From contig OZ253470.1 in the NCBI GenBank assembly GCA_965261735.1, positions 256,001 through 320,000 of the forward strand: 64,000 nt of DNA, in the 5' to 3' direction. This document shows, piece by piece, positions 39,901-49,027 of the stretch. The position numbers were made by a program, and so were the translations under genes. Below the pieces are notes generated by a model. The model saw only the letters and a list, made by a program, of their open reading frames with translations. It ran no database searches and was not told the origin of the DNA. Each line of letters begins with the position of its first letter. Position 1 is the stretch's first letter. Source of the DNA: Alphaproteobacteria bacterium (GTDB taxonomy: Bacteria > Pseudomonadota > Alphaproteobacteria > SHVV01).

Positions 39901-40122
39901 CCGGGCGCCCATCATCGAACGCGTACCGTCAAGGCGGAACAGCGAGACCAGCGAGCCGTCGCGGCAGGCCAGCACACCGGCCCCGCCGGGCAGGGCAAAC
40001 GCCGCGGCGGGCAGCAGGAAACTTTCAAGCGGCTTCTTGCGGACCGCCCAGCTCAGCCGCAGCGCATCCTCGATCGCGCCATACATTGAAAATGGCAGCG
40101 GGAAAGGCATCGAAACGGGCAT
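37000..40122 (-). CDS. icmB: IcmB/DotO/TraU (VirB4-like) ATPase
   Basis: DGSLVSLFRLDG, Walker A GVPGRGKSVLMN, IDIGPSSAGLISLI, INPCDTQLGCR, Walker B FDEFHRT, REARK, LASQ, ELWALTT. Confidence 0.9.
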   Translation of the reverse strand: MPVSMPFPLPFSMYGAIEDALRLSWAVRKKPLESFLLPAAAFALPGGAGVLACRDGSLVSLFRLDGTRSMMGARELDGFVELAARRLNSVFTAPGHALHAVFERAPDEAARLVASAGEQTLRQCERLGLALGDVIAERGRRLAPLMAAESFVVAAWTRPSVLAPDQVKRDRKRLGKRLREWLPEGSESQCPYLAPDGLPPRHEAFLDTLAALFAEAGIMAEVLGSDAACATLRRSLNGSDSTAPDWRPVTVANDAPARLTAPPEDGAFPPPLGPQLLIRDPERTAGGIRIGERLYGALDMALGPRRARPFSELMERLADAGLPCRFSVLIEGGGLAGLDSAMTNVAAAFLAFSSDDSLLVRNAMRDLTALGADAHAIVRLRLGLLTWVAPEDGEDALRRRLSRLQQLAEGWGETVFTPLVGDPLESLAASVPGFCCGATAEPALAPLTEALRLLPAGRPAPLSNSGAGHLFRSIDGKPLPFAWEDGEDYGFELIYGVPGRGKSVLMNSLGLAFCLQGGQARLPLSATIDIGPSSAGLISLIREALPQERQHEAGWFALRMTAEHAINPCDTQLGCRAPLPAERAFLVNLLGLMMTPAGADGVPDGMRELIGPAITAVYALRSDKIAGAEPHAYTAGRDAVVDAALAAAGIDPPEAPLWWEIVDLLFEAGAHAAAARAQLYAVPVLGDLLGAVREPAVQGLVGDTAYGAGGETVTQAFIRILTALSGDWPIMFAPTAFDIGHVRIAAIDLAGVAPQGSPEAARQTAAFYLLARHALTRHWWIGEDSLRDIPEPYRAWHAHRLRDIREAPKRLAFDEFHRTAGAPAVRAQVERDVREARKLRVRLSLASQRLEDFGGALTELANRYWILGAGGKAREIEALSGIFALSETLQDAIRYRLPGPGKDGAPALLIASDARGRFEQLVVNTPGPAELWALTTSPADVALRSRLQARLAPAVARAVLARAFPTGTARSRIDAELGRLAAAGIRAGATEEDVLDRLTDELVQTAETTQSAFGPAGDDPAAAVSTGRSVPANQPTETEE

Positions 40123-40135
40123 TGCCTGCGCCTTC

Positions 40136-40528
40136 CTAAAGCCGGGGCTTGATCACGGTGTGGCTGCCGCCGCTCAGCCCTAAGGTGTCGCCCAGCGCGT
40201 TGATCACCGCCGGGGCCGCGATCAGCGAGACCCCGATCAGGATGGCGATCAGGCCGCTGCCGATGGTGGTCTGCTGCGGGTGATCGACATGGCGTTTCAG
40301 TTTGAGCAGGCCGAAGCCGACGATGGCGGCACCGATGATGTAGAAGGCCACCGCCAGCAGGGCCGGCACCGACTCCAGGTCGTCCGCCGCCTCCTTCGCC
40401 ATGTCGCCTAGCGAAACCGCCAGCGCCGGTCCCGCTGCTCCCGCCCACGAGACGGCGGAGAAAACCGCGGCAAACAGGCCCGCGGCCCATTCGAGGGAAT
40501 GCCGTTTCAAGGGGTTTGCAATAGTCAT
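40136..40528 (-). CDS. IcmD/DotP-like pilin-type membrane protein
   Basis: Signal peptide + two TM segments, YIIGAAIVGFGLLKLKRHVDHPQQ; position between icmC-like and icmB. Confidence 0.7.
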   Translation of the reverse strand: MTIANPLKRHSLEWAAGLFAAVFSAVSWAGAAGPALAVSLGDMAKEAADDLESVPALLAVAFYIIGAAIVGFGLLKLKRHVDHPQQTTIGSGLIAILIGVSLIAAPAVINALGDTLGLSGGSHTVIKPRL

Positions 40529-40539
40529 CGGTTTTCCTT

Positions 40540-41079
40540 TCATCGGATGTTCAAGACAGCGATGCCGAGACTGGTTTGAACCGCCTCGATCACCGCGACG
40601 ATGTGCCAGGCGGCAATGCCGCCGGCCATGTGCGCGAAGGCCTTGGGACCGCTCGCGCCGGGCTTGCCGTCAGCGGCGGCGCGCAACGTGAAGGCGCCCC
40701 GGATGAAGGCAAACAGCCCAACCAGGCTGACAAGGGTGAAAATGGCAGCCAGCAACGCGTCGTCATCGGCGCCGCGCGCGCCATAACCGAGGCTCGCCGC
40801 CGCCGGGCGTGTTCCGGACCCGAACAGGCTTTCGCCCGCTGCCGAGAGCCACGACGGCAAGGCCGCCATGACGATGCAGATCAGGAAGCTCAATGCCGTG
40901 CCGCCGCCGGAGGGCGCATGAAACTTGTCCTCCGATGTCTTCAGCAACCGCAGCAGGCCTTGCGCGAAGGCGAACAGCGCCAGCACATAGCAAAGCGCCG
41001 AGACCAACAGCAGCAGGCCCGGTTCGAGATCCCGGACCAGCGAGATCATTGCCTGGCCGAGATCGTTGCGTTCAGCCAT
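40540..41079 (-). CDS. IcmC/DotE/TraQ-like membrane protein
   Basis: Four TM segments, LVGLFAFIRGAF..KAFAHMAGGIAAWHI; follows dotG. Confidence 0.7.
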   Translation of the reverse strand: MAERNDLGQAMISLVRDLEPGLLLLVSALCYVLALFAFAQGLLRLLKTSEDKFHAPSGGGTALSFLICIVMAALPSWLSAAGESLFGSGTRPAAASLGYGARGADDDALLAAIFTLVSLVGLFAFIRGAFTLRAAADGKPGASGPKAFAHMAGGIAAWHIVAVIEAVQTSLGIAVLNIR

Positions 41080-42208
41080 CGCCGGGGTCTCCGGCCGGGA
41101 GGTTCTCCGGCGTTGTCTCCGCCGGGCGTGGGAACATGACGATGAGTTCGGTGCCGCGGGGAATGCGCACCGTCGGGCGCGCCGGTGCGTTCTCCAGCAG
41201 AATGTCGCCGGCCGAGCGCGCTGCCGTCCCGAGGCCGCTATGGACCGCCTCTCGCGTCGAGCCATGGCGCCGCTCATAGCGCACATCGCCGCTCCCCAGC
41301 GTGACGCTCTCCGCGGGCCGGCCCATCGCCGTCAGGAAGCCCTCCGCGAAACGCACCGCGGCGGGCAGCAGGACGCGCTGGAAGAAATGGCTGTCGACCT
41401 CGCCGGCGATGCCGTAACAGGCGCAATCGAGACCGACCGCCCAGCCGTCGGTTGCCATACGCCGGCCGCGGTATTCCAGGCTGGTGAGCCGCAGCACCAT
41501 GCGCTCGCCGACCTGGGTGAAGGCGCCCGCCGCCACGGCGCCGGCGAGCGGCGGTCCCAGCAGTTCGATCAGCACCGGTCCCGGATAGTCCGAGTTGACC
41601 GCATAAATCGTACGCGCATAGATCCCGCCGCCCGTCGGCGGTAGGGGGATGGACGGTTCGGGAGGTATGGGGGAAGTGGCGGGCGCGGCCGTTTCGGGCT
41701 TGGCGGCCGGATAGCGGATACGGACGATCTGCGGCGGCTTGCTCCAGGTTTGCAGCAGCACGCCGATCAGATCCGATATCCGGTCTTCGGGCCGGCCGGG
41801 CGGGCGGGCCTCCTGCCGCAGCGGGCTGTAGGCTTCGTAGGTGGGCCGCGGCGCCACGCGGCCTCCGGGCCGGTGCTGTGGCGATGGCGGCGTTTCGGTT
41901 AGGGACCGTGTGGATCCCACGCCACCGGCCGGCTGTGTGTAACCGGGCGCCTGGCCACGGCCAGAAAAAATCGGCACGAAGGATTCGCCTTGCCGCCGCG
42001 CCGCGTCGAGCCGAACCCGGTCGCGCTCGTCCAGCGTGTCGAGATAAGCCGGTGGAACGCTGTCTTCAGGGTTGAGTTTGACGCCCCGGTTATCCGGCAT
42101 CTGAGCCCAGGCCGAACTCGGCGAGCCCGAAGACGCGGCGAGCAGAACGCATATAAGAAGAGGACCGCCCAGGATTGCCGCCACTCTCATTATTCTTCTA
42201 GTTTTCAT
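41072..42208 (-). CDS. dotG: DotG/IcmE/TraO (VirB10-like) core protein, short form
   Basis: N-terminal TM, Pro-rich linker, YARTIYAVNSDYPGPV..GPPLAGA..GAF, GIAGEVDSHF, PTVRIPRGTELIVMF. Confidence 0.82.
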   Translation of the reverse strand: MKTRRIMRVAAILGGPLLICVLLAASSGSPSSAWAQMPDNRGVKLNPEDSVPPAYLDTLDERDRVRLDAARRQGESFVPIFSGRGQAPGYTQPAGGVGSTRSLTETPPSPQHRPGGRVAPRPTYEAYSPLRQEARPPGRPEDRISDLIGVLLQTWSKPPQIVRIRYPAAKPETAAPATSPIPPEPSIPLPPTGGGIYARTIYAVNSDYPGPVLIELLGPPLAGAVAAGAFTQVGERMVLRLTSLEYRGRRMATDGWAVGLDCACYGIAGEVDSHFFQRVLLPAAVRFAEGFLTAMGRPAESVTLGSGDVRYERRHGSTREAVHSGLGTAARSAGDILLENAPARPTVRIPRGTELIVMFPRPAETTPENLPAGDPGDG

Positions 42209-43169
42209 TGACGATCTCCTTCTGTACGTCCGTGGTTTCCAATGAGCGGAACGACAGCCGCGCCTCCCGGCCGTTCGCGCTCACGACCGCCTGGGGGGTG
42301 TCCGGCAAGCGGTAGGCCCAGCGGCCATCGGAGCCGCGCTCGGCTGCCCAGGGGCCGGGCGAAAGCAGATATGCGCGGGTGACCAGCAGCAGATCGCCGC
42401 CCTGCCTCCAGGCGCGGCCGCCCTGTCCGCCGCCGTCGACGGCGAGCCGTTCGGCGTCCGGCGGGATGGCGCCCCCGAGCAGGCCGAGCAGCACCGGATC
42501 CCCGGCGTGGAACCCTTCGGGCTGTGCCAGCAAGATCGGATCGGCGTTCGGGCCGGGCATGGCGAGGCGGATCTCGACCCGGAAGTCGGCCGCGCCGCCG
42601 GTTCCGCGCAAGGCGAGCACCAAGGGCTCGGCGAGGCCGGCCAGCGTCACCACCGCATTGCCGTCGAGATAGGCCTGGCGGGGTGCGAGATAGAGCAGAT
42701 GGCCTGCGCCGGGATTGGCCGCTTCCGGCACGGCCTCCCGGCCCAGCGGCAGGAAGCGGCTGTCGAGCACGGTCTCGGCGATCGGCCAGGGCGCGCCGGT
42801 CATGCCGGTGAAGGAGAGCACCGTGGTGTAGCCGCGCCTTAGCGAAATCACCGGGATTTGCCCGTCGCCGGGCCCGTCGAGACGGATCCGCCGGATACGG
42901 CCTTGCGGCGGCGCGCCCGTGCCCCGCGCGCTCGCCCGCTGGGTCTGGCGCAACAGCCGGCCCAGGGTCTCGATCTGCTCTTGCGTGAACGGCAAGGCGG
43001 ACCGGCCCTGCCGGGCAGCGTCGGTATCCGGCAAGGCGTGTTCGGGCCAGACGTCGGTCTCGGCGAGAACGCCTGGGCTTGCGTTCGGATTGGCGGGTTC
43101 GGCCGCGGCGGCAAGCGACGGCGCCAGCGCGAGAATCAGCAATAGAAGTGCAAGCGTCCTTATGGTCAT
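42198..43169 (-). CDS. dotH: DotH/IcmK/TraN core protein
   Basis: LPFTQEQI, PVISLRRGYTTVLSFTGMTGAPWPI, GNAVVTLAGLAEP, DFRVEIRL..PGPNA, LLSP. Confidence 0.85.
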   Translation of the reverse strand: MTIRTLALLLLILALAPSLAAAAEPANPNASPGVLAETDVWPEHALPDTDAARQGRSALPFTQEQIETLGRLLRQTQRASARGTGAPPQGRIRRIRLDGPGDGQIPVISLRRGYTTVLSFTGMTGAPWPIAETVLDSRFLPLGREAVPEAANPGAGHLLYLAPRQAYLDGNAVVTLAGLAEPLVLALRGTGGAADFRVEIRLAMPGPNADPILLAQPEGFHAGDPVLLGLLGGAIPPDAERLAVDGGGQGGRAWRQGGDLLLVTRAYLLSPGPWAAERGSDGRWAYRLPDTPQAVVSANGREARLSFRSLETTDVQKEIVNEN

Positions 43170-43807
43170 GAGCCGCCTCCCTTGCTGGCGATCAATTGCT
43201 CGATGCCGATGCCGGCGGGGCGTTCCTCCAGCGGCACGCGCATGACCAGCACCTGGGCCAACAGGTCCTGGCTGACGCGCCGCGATCCGGCTTCGAAGGT
43301 GACCAGAAGGGGAAACTCGATGGCCCAGCCGATCCGCCCGGCAAAATGCCGCGTATCGGTAATCACCGGCGCGCCCCGGGCCACCGCCGAGGCGACCTGG
43401 AGGTTGTCGCGCAGACGGTCGAGGAACAGGCTGTCGTCCAGCCCGGCCAGAAACGACTCGTAGCCGCTATCGGTGAACTTGCCGCGGATGCCCGCGAGCC
43501 GCAGGCGCCAGTCGTGATGGCCCAGCGTGAAGGCTTCGGTCACCGCCGCAACGGTCCAGTTGCGCAGCGCCGCGTCGGACATGATTGGCTCGTCGAGCGG
43601 CGTCAGCGGCACCAGCCGTCCATCGGGGGTCGCGGCCACGGTGATGTAGACCGTGGAGTGAAAAAACACGTACCCCGCGAAGGCTGCAGCCGTGAGCAAG
43701 TTCGTCACCAACAACCACGATGCGGCGCGGCGCCAACCATGATGCTGGTCGCGCTGGAAGGCGAATTGCCGCGCGGCCTCCGCGATGGCCTGAACCCGGC
43801 TACTCAT
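43166..43807 (-). CDS. dotI: DotI/IcmL/TraM protein
   Basis: TM segment then ATPDGRLVPLTPLDEP.MSDAALRNW...VTEAFTL...DWR..L....KFT..GY..F, W.IEFPL, GIGIEQ. Confidence 0.88.
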   Translation of the reverse strand: MSSRVQAIAEAARQFAFQRDQHHGWRRAASWLLVTNLLTAAAFAGYVFFHSTVYITVAATPDGRLVPLTPLDEPIMSDAALRNWTVAAVTEAFTLGHHDWRLRLAGIRGKFTDSGYESFLAGLDDSLFLDRLRDNLQVASAVARGAPVITDTRHFAGRIGWAIEFPLLVTFEAGSRRVSQDLLAQVLVMRVPLEERPAGIGIEQLIASKGGGS

Positions 43808-44681
43808 CGCCGAGCTCCCGCAGCCAGGCATTGAGATCGGGGATATCGCCGACCCGATGCGCGATGCCGCCTTGCATAGTGCGGTGTGCGATCAGCGGCA
43901 CGGAGCGCTCGCCCCATGCGTCGAATAGGGCGTTATTACGCGCGATGCGGTCCCGGGCGTGCCTGTCGGCCGGACCATCGTCGCGGGCGAACCAGGCTTG
44001 CGCCGGATCGGGACTGGCGGCGATTCCCGCCGCGCGGTGCGCCGAAGCCGCGCCTAACAGCGCCACCGGCACGACATACAGTCGCAGCTTGCCAGCCATC
44101 GCCTCGCGGCCGATCCGCGCCACGGCCGAGCGCGACCATGGACAACTTGGATCGCCGAACAGGACGACCAGCGGCCCCTGCTCCCCGAGGGTGAAACCGA
44201 AAGCGGACGCCGAACGCTCGAACAGGGCCGCGCGGGATACGCCGGTGGACGTATCGGGCGTTGCCGTCTCAGTGGGGACGGCGGAATCCCGTACCCCGGC
44301 GCCCTCTACATTCGCCGCGGGATTTTGCGCACCCGATGCCGAGCTCGGCGCGGCGCCTGCCGGACGGTTTTCGCCACGCACGGCGGCGAGTTGCCCGCCG
44401 GTCAGCAGCACGCCGTCCGGGCCATAAAGCAGCCCGGCGACCCCATGGCCATCGTCGGTCACATAGAGGCTGTAACCGGCGTCCCCCACCGGGGTCACGA
44501 GATAGCCCGTAAGCCCGCCGCGCGCACCGAGCGGCATGATTTGCGCGCCCTTGTCCCGGAGCGCGCTCACAAGGTCCGGCTCGGCGGCACGGGAAGCCGG
44601 GATCGCAACGGCAGCAACCGATACGGCCGCCATTATCGTTGCAATATTTTGTAAGAGCTTCGCGATGGGTCCCGAGTTCAT
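43800..44681 (-). CDS. DsbG/DsbC-like periplasmic thioredoxin-fold protein with CxxS motif
   Basis: Signal peptide, GGLTGYLV..YVTDDGH..AGLLYGPDG, FGDPSCPWS, VPVALLG, N..LF....SVP. Confidence 0.75.
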   Translation of the reverse strand: MNSGPIAKLLQNIATIMAAVSVAAVAIPASRAAEPDLVSALRDKGAQIMPLGARGGLTGYLVTPVGDAGYSLYVTDDGHGVAGLLYGPDGVLLTGGQLAAVRGENRPAGAAPSSASGAQNPAANVEGAGVRDSAVPTETATPDTSTGVSRAALFERSASAFGFTLGEQGPLVVLFGDPSCPWSRSAVARIGREAMAGKLRLYVVPVALLGAASAHRAAGIAASPDPAQAWFARDDGPADRHARDRIARNNALFDAWGERSVPLIAHRTMQGGIAHRVGDIPDLNAWLRELGDE

Positions 44682-45301
44682 GGTTTGTCTCCGGAAGAGG
44701 TCAGTCGCGGCGCGCGATGGGTCACGGCGAGCGACTTGCCGCCGGTGGTGAATTCCGCGACGGGCGGGTGCGGCAGATGGGAAAGCGCGAAGAACAGCGC
44801 CCGCACGGCGTCAATGAAGGCGCCTTCGAACGCCTGGCCGCGGTGCAGGCGGTAGCGCCGGTCGGTGAGAAAAAGCACTTCGGTTCCGGCCCGCGTGCCC
44901 CAGCGCTCCAGCACGGCCCGCAGGGTGTCGCCGGCTTCGACGCGCCACACACCATGGCCGCGATCGGCGGTAGCAAGCTCGACCGCGACCGGCGGCAAAC
45001 CGGCCGGGCGGATATGGAGTTCGCCGCCATGACGAACCGCTGCGAGCCCTTCACCGAACAGCAGGCTTTGCCAGTCGGGATACTCGTCCACGACCGCCTT
45101 GGCGGCATCGACCCGGCGGTCGTAGCGCAGGCGGAGCGAGGGCGGCGCCAGGCGTTTCAAAGTTTGCGCAAGCGTTGCGCCATTGCGCTCGCCGCGTTCG
45201 CCGGCCTCGTCCAGCACGGTGACCCCGGCGCGCACGGCGGACGGCGCCACGTAGCGAAACTCGGCCGAAGCGGCGGACGGCAAGAGGGCCGATCCCGCCA
45301 T
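44678..45301 (-). CDS. TcpQ-domain (PilL-like) protein
   Basis: C-terminal WRVEAGDTLRAVLERW...AG......RYRL....FEGAFIDAVRALF is the TcpQ-type pattern. Start uncertain. Confidence 0.7.
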   Translation of the reverse strand: MAGSALLPSAASAEFRYVAPSAVRAGVTVLDEAGERGERNGATLAQTLKRLAPPSLRLRYDRRVDAAKAVVDEYPDWQSLLFGEGLAAVRHGGELHIRPAGLPPVAVELATADRGHGVWRVEAGDTLRAVLERWGTRAGTEVLFLTDRRYRLHRGQAFEGAFIDAVRALFFALSHLPHPPVAEFTTGGKSLAVTHRAPRLTSSGDKP

Positions 45302-45573
45302 CAGCCAAAATCCACAAAGCGCCGCAACCGCGCCGCGTGAAGGGCGCGGCGCCGGCCAGCGCTTGCGGCGCGGAGCGCCCGGAGCCCGGCCCGAAAACGG
45401 TAACCCCGCGCCTCGGCGATGCGGAACGCCGCGATCGACAGCAGGACGGCCGCCGTCGTCCACCAGGCCGGCAGGAACAGCCACACCGTCAGCAGGACCA
45501 GCAGACGCGCGTCGATCGTGTAGAACCGCACCGGGCGCATGGTGTCGCGCCAGGCCACTTCGGAAGGGTCCAT
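45301..45573 (-). CDS. icmT: IcmT/TraK family protein
   Basis: WRDTMRPVRFYTIDAR + TM + E.RGY.F...LR..R....GRRR. Confidence 0.88.
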   Translation of the reverse strand: MDPSEVAWRDTMRPVRFYTIDARLLVLLTVWLFLPAWWTTAAVLLSIAAFRIAEARGYRFRAGLRALRAASAGRRRALHAARLRRFVDFG

Positions 45574-45585
45574 GGAATCGTCTCC

Positions 45586-46683
45586 TCAACATGTGCCGGC
45601 CCCCCCTGATCGGACTTCGAGCTCGCAGCCCCCAGCCCTGCCGGCGTTGCCGCCGCCAGCCGCGCCCGTGGCACATGCGCGGTAGCGCCGGTGCACGTCC
45701 GGTCCGATCCGGCCCTCGGCGAAGGCGCGCCCGGCCGCAGCGGCAAGATTGTTGCCGGTCGCCGCGAGCGCGGTTTCGATCCGCGCCGGCCAGCCGGTTT
45801 GCGGCAGCTCCAACAGTTCGGCCTTGAGGCGGTCGTCGAAGACCAGCCATTCGCGCAGCGCCGTGCGACCGCCCCGTTCCGAAGTGCTGCGGTCCGATCC
45901 GGCCGGGTACGGCGCCAGCACCTGGGTGACCGCGAGGTTCATGGCGTCGATCAGCGCGGCGCCGCGCTCGGCACGCTCGCCGGCAGGGAACTCCGCCAGC
46001 AGGCGGCGGATGGTGGCTGCGACGCCGATGGTGTGGGCGGTGGAATAGACCGCGATGCCGTAATCGGCGGCGCGGACCACGGCCTCGACGGTCTCGCGGT
46101 CGCGCGCCTCGCCGACGATCACCGCAGCGGGACGGCGGCGCAGGGAAGAACGCAGGCCGTCGGCGAAACTCTGGAAGTGACGGGGGATCTCCGAGGACGA
46201 CATCAGCGCGCCGTCCCCTTCGATATGGTCGAACACGAACTCGATGGGCGCCTCATAGGACTGGATGCGCCCGGCGCCGTGCTCCAGCAGCCGCCGCGTA
46301 CCGGCGGCTAGCAGGGTCGACTTGCCGGAACCCGGCACCCCGGTCACCAGGGTCAGGCCGCGCCGCAGATCCCAGGCATCGACGATCTCGTCCTCGATGC
46401 CGAGTTCCTCGAAGCTCGGCGGCGCGCCGGGCAGAACCCGCAGCGTGATGTTGACCGCAAAACCGCCCGCGGCCTGCACCGCAGCGAGGTTGCAACGGAA
46501 ACGCCGGATGACGCCGCGCGCCTCGGCCACGGCATGGGAACAGTCGATGGCCCGCCCGCCGCGCAGGATGCCTTCGCCGGTGGCATCGAAGATGCGTGCG
46601 CACAAGCCGCCGAGCGCAACACCGTCGAGCGCCGCGCCGGTCGCCCGCAACAATCTGCCGTCGACCTCAATGAATGCAGGTCG
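45586..46683 (-). pseudogene. dotB: DotB/TraJ (PilT-like) ATPase, 5'-truncated
   Basis: RRFRCN, ITLRVLP..PP, Walker A TGVPGSGKSTLLAA, YEAPIEFVFD, SLRRRP..IVGEARD, YSTAHT, ALREWLVF. No start codon of its own; homology begins at RPAFIEVDG. Confidence 0.82.
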
Positions 46684-48173
46684 CGCACGAAGGCGAGATA
46701 ACCGGCGTCGGGACGGATGGTCTCGGCGATCGCCGTCTGTTCGATGTAGCCGTTCCAGGCCCGGGCGGCGACCGCGCCGCCGTCCTCGCGTCGGCACCGG
46801 GGACAGCCCTTCGGGTTGCGGTAGCGAACTGCCGCGTTGCCGAGCAGACGTGCGGCCAGATTTTCCGGGGCAACGCGTCCCTCGGCGTGCCGCTCGAGCG
46901 TGCAGTCCGGGCACAACAGCGGCAGCAGGGTCTGCTTCATCAGCAGCGCGACATTGCCGGGCTTGGTCACCTCGGCCACGCCGACTCCCATGTCGATCAG
47001 CCGGAACAGGATGGCGTTGGCCGAGTGGACGTGGATCGTGGTCCACACCTGGTGGCCGGTATCGATGAACTGCATCACCTGGCGGGCGGCGTCGGCGTCA
47101 CGGATCTCGGAGACCATGCCGCTGGCCGGGTGGATCCGGCAGAAATGCATCAGCGCTTCCTTGAAATGCCCGGCCCGCTCGTCGCCCAGGCCCGAGGTCG
47201 GCACCGCGATCTGGACGGCGCCCGGAATGCGGTATTCGACCGGGTCCTCGATGGTCACCAGATTGAGCTGGCCGTCGAACTCGGCCATCTGCAGGGCGAG
47301 ATTGACGGCCAGTGTGGTCGACTTGCCGTCGCCCGCGGTGCCGCCGATGAAGACACCGCCATGCGGCGCCATGCGGATGCCGGCGAACAACGCGGCTTCG
47401 GTTGCCGAGAAACCGAGGCGCTCCAGGGTCATGCCGGCGTCGAGCCGGTCGGCATAGAACATGCGCGCGAACAGGTGATCGCCGTCGGGCTCGTGCGGCC
47501 CGCGCTGGCAGCGGAGCGCCGAGACGCCCGCCGGCAGCGGCACCTGGCCGCCGGCGCGGATCGAGAAGCCCTGGAAGGAGCCCCGCCGGTAGCTCGTCTG
47601 GGACGACCCCTCGTCCTTGCAATGGAACAGGAAACCGGCGGCCTCGCGGCCTTCCTCGGCCGTCAGCGGTTGGGCCAGGGGCAGCTTGCGGTCGTTGACG
47701 ATGGCGAAGACATGGCAGGCGCCGCCGCCGGTCTCGAACACCACGTCGCTCGCCCGGGCCGCCGCCGCATCCTCGAACAGACGCTTGACCCGCCGGGCCG
47801 CCGCTTCGCCCGCCGCTGGCGACGATGCGGCGCCTGCGGCCCGCCAGCATTCGGCGATCTCTTCGAGGGTTGCGGTTTCTTCGGCCACCGCCACCGGGAT
47901 GGCGCCGCTCTGGCGCAGCGCCAGCAGCGCCGAGCGCAGCCGGGCGTCGGCCTCGTAGCCGCGCGCGATCAGGCAACGCCCGCCGGCGAACACCGCGCAG
48001 ATGCGCCGGAACCGGGCGTCCATCGCGGCGGCGCGAATCAATCGGTTGGCATCCGCGGTCTTTGGTGCGTCGGCGCCGGTACGTCTACCGCGCCATGAAA
48101 ATAAACGCGTGAGCGGCCGGACCATGGTTTTTGCGATGGCGCCGGGACGGGTGTTCGCCGGTTGCCGCGTCAT
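46353..48173 (-). CDS. pilQ: Type IVb pilus assembly ATPase (PilQ/GspE family), C-terminus replaced by out-of-frame sequence after ~46682
   Basis: ASDVVF, Walker A GGTAGDGKSTTL, VTIEDPVEYRI, SEIRD, TGHQVWTTIH, LCPDC..GCPRC, TAIAETI. Confidence 0.82.
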   Translation of the reverse strand: MTRQPANTRPGAIAKTMVRPLTRLFSWRGRRTGADAPKTADANRLIRAAAMDARFRRICAVFAGGRCLIARGYEADARLRSALLALRQSGAIPVAVAEETATLEEIAECWRAAGAASSPAAGEAAARRVKRLFEDAAAARASDVVFETGGGACHVFAIVNDRKLPLAQPLTAEEGREAAGFLFHCKDEGSSQTSYRRGSFQGFSIRAGGQVPLPAGVSALRCQRGPHEPDGDHLFARMFYADRLDAGMTLERLGFSATEAALFAGIRMAPHGGVFIGGTAGDGKSTTLAVNLALQMAEFDGQLNLVTIEDPVEYRIPGAVQIAVPTSGLGDERAGHFKEALMHFCRIHPASGMVSEIRDADAARQVMQFIDTGHQVWTTIHVHSANAILFRLIDMGVGVAEVTKPGNVALLMKQTLLPLLCPDCTLERHAEGRVAPENLAARLLGNAAVRYRNPKGCPRCRREDGGAVAARAWNGYIEQTAIAETIRPDAGYLAFVRDLHSLRSTADCCGRPARRSTVLRSAACAHASSMPPAKASCAAGGPSTVPMPWPRRAASSGVSVATSLRCRPRAVLRSTSRCGFCPARRRASRNSASRTRSSMPGICGAA

Positions 48174-49027
48174 GAGCCGTCTCCGGGCCTGGCCCTGTAA
48201 GGCAATGCACTGTCGTCCGTACCCTCGATTTGCACGCCGGGCGGGCGCGCGGCGATTCGGCCGACCCGGACATCGCCGGGAAGCGGATCGCCCTTGCGCA
48301 CGAACCAGACCCGCCGCCCATCGGTGACACCGGCGTGCAGATCGCCCGCCATCCCGACGATCGAGAACCAGCCATAGCGCGGCGCTGCCGGCGCGGCTTT
48401 CGCCGGCTTGCGCGCAGTCGTGGAGGGCGCCGGCAGCTTTGCAGGGACCGTGTTAAATTGCGGCATGACTGAAGGAACGGTGGCAGCCACCGCCGAGGAT
48501 CGATTTGCGGCGGCCGGTTCCGCCTGCGCCCGGAGCGCCCGCAACTGGGCCTCCGTCTCGAATATCCCGGTCACGATCAGCTGGCGCTCATGGCATAGCT
48601 TCAAGGTCTCCTGCTCGATCGCCAGGGCGGACAGCGCATCTTCCTTGTTCGCCACACCCGCAAGCAGCCGGGTCAGCAGATCGCGCGGACAGCCTGCGAT
48701 GATAGATGCAGCCATCGGCGGCATCGGGATGCCGGAATCCGGAGCGGACACGTTTGGCGGCCGCGCTTCTTCGCCTCGGCCTGCCGGTTGCGCATTCTCG
48801 GCCGCCCCACCTTCCAGCACACGAAGCAGACGGCTGCGGCCTGGGGCATTCGCAGCGCCCGTGGATGACGCCATGGGCGGGACGGAAAGAGCCGGCTTTG
48901 AATTCACGTCGGTGGATTGCGTTCCCGGCGCGGGCGGTGAAACCGCGTCCAGCGCGGATGCGCCCGATGCCGCCACCATCGCCACGAGGCAGGCGCCAAG
49001 AGTGCGAAGATGTGCCGCGGCGGTCAT
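48170..49027 (-). CDS. PilP-like type IVb pilus accessory protein
   Basis: Signal peptide, coiled coil, C-terminal SIVGMAGDLHA...VRKGDPLPG..VGRI; immediately upstream of pilQ. Confidence 0.6.
   Translation of the reverse strand: MTAAAHLRTLGACLVAMVAASGASALDAVSPPAPGTQSTDVNSKPALSVPPMASSTGAANAPGRSRLLRVLEGGAAENAQPAGRGEEARPPNVSAPDSGIPMPPMAASIIAGCPRDLLTRLLAGVANKEDALSALAIEQETLKLCHERQLIVTGIFETEAQLRALRAQAEPAAANRSSAVAATVPSVMPQFNTVPAKLPAPSTTARKPAKAAPAAPRYGWFSIVGMAGDLHAGVTDGRRVWFVRKGDPLPGDVRVGRIAARPPGVQIEGTDDSALPYRARPGDGS

Noticed and set aside
45586-47046. Full-length 486-aa DotB or programmed pilQ-dotB frameshift
   Set aside because: The N-terminal ~120 aa are an alternate frame of pilQ; no slippery sequence; both proteins are truncated at the junction.
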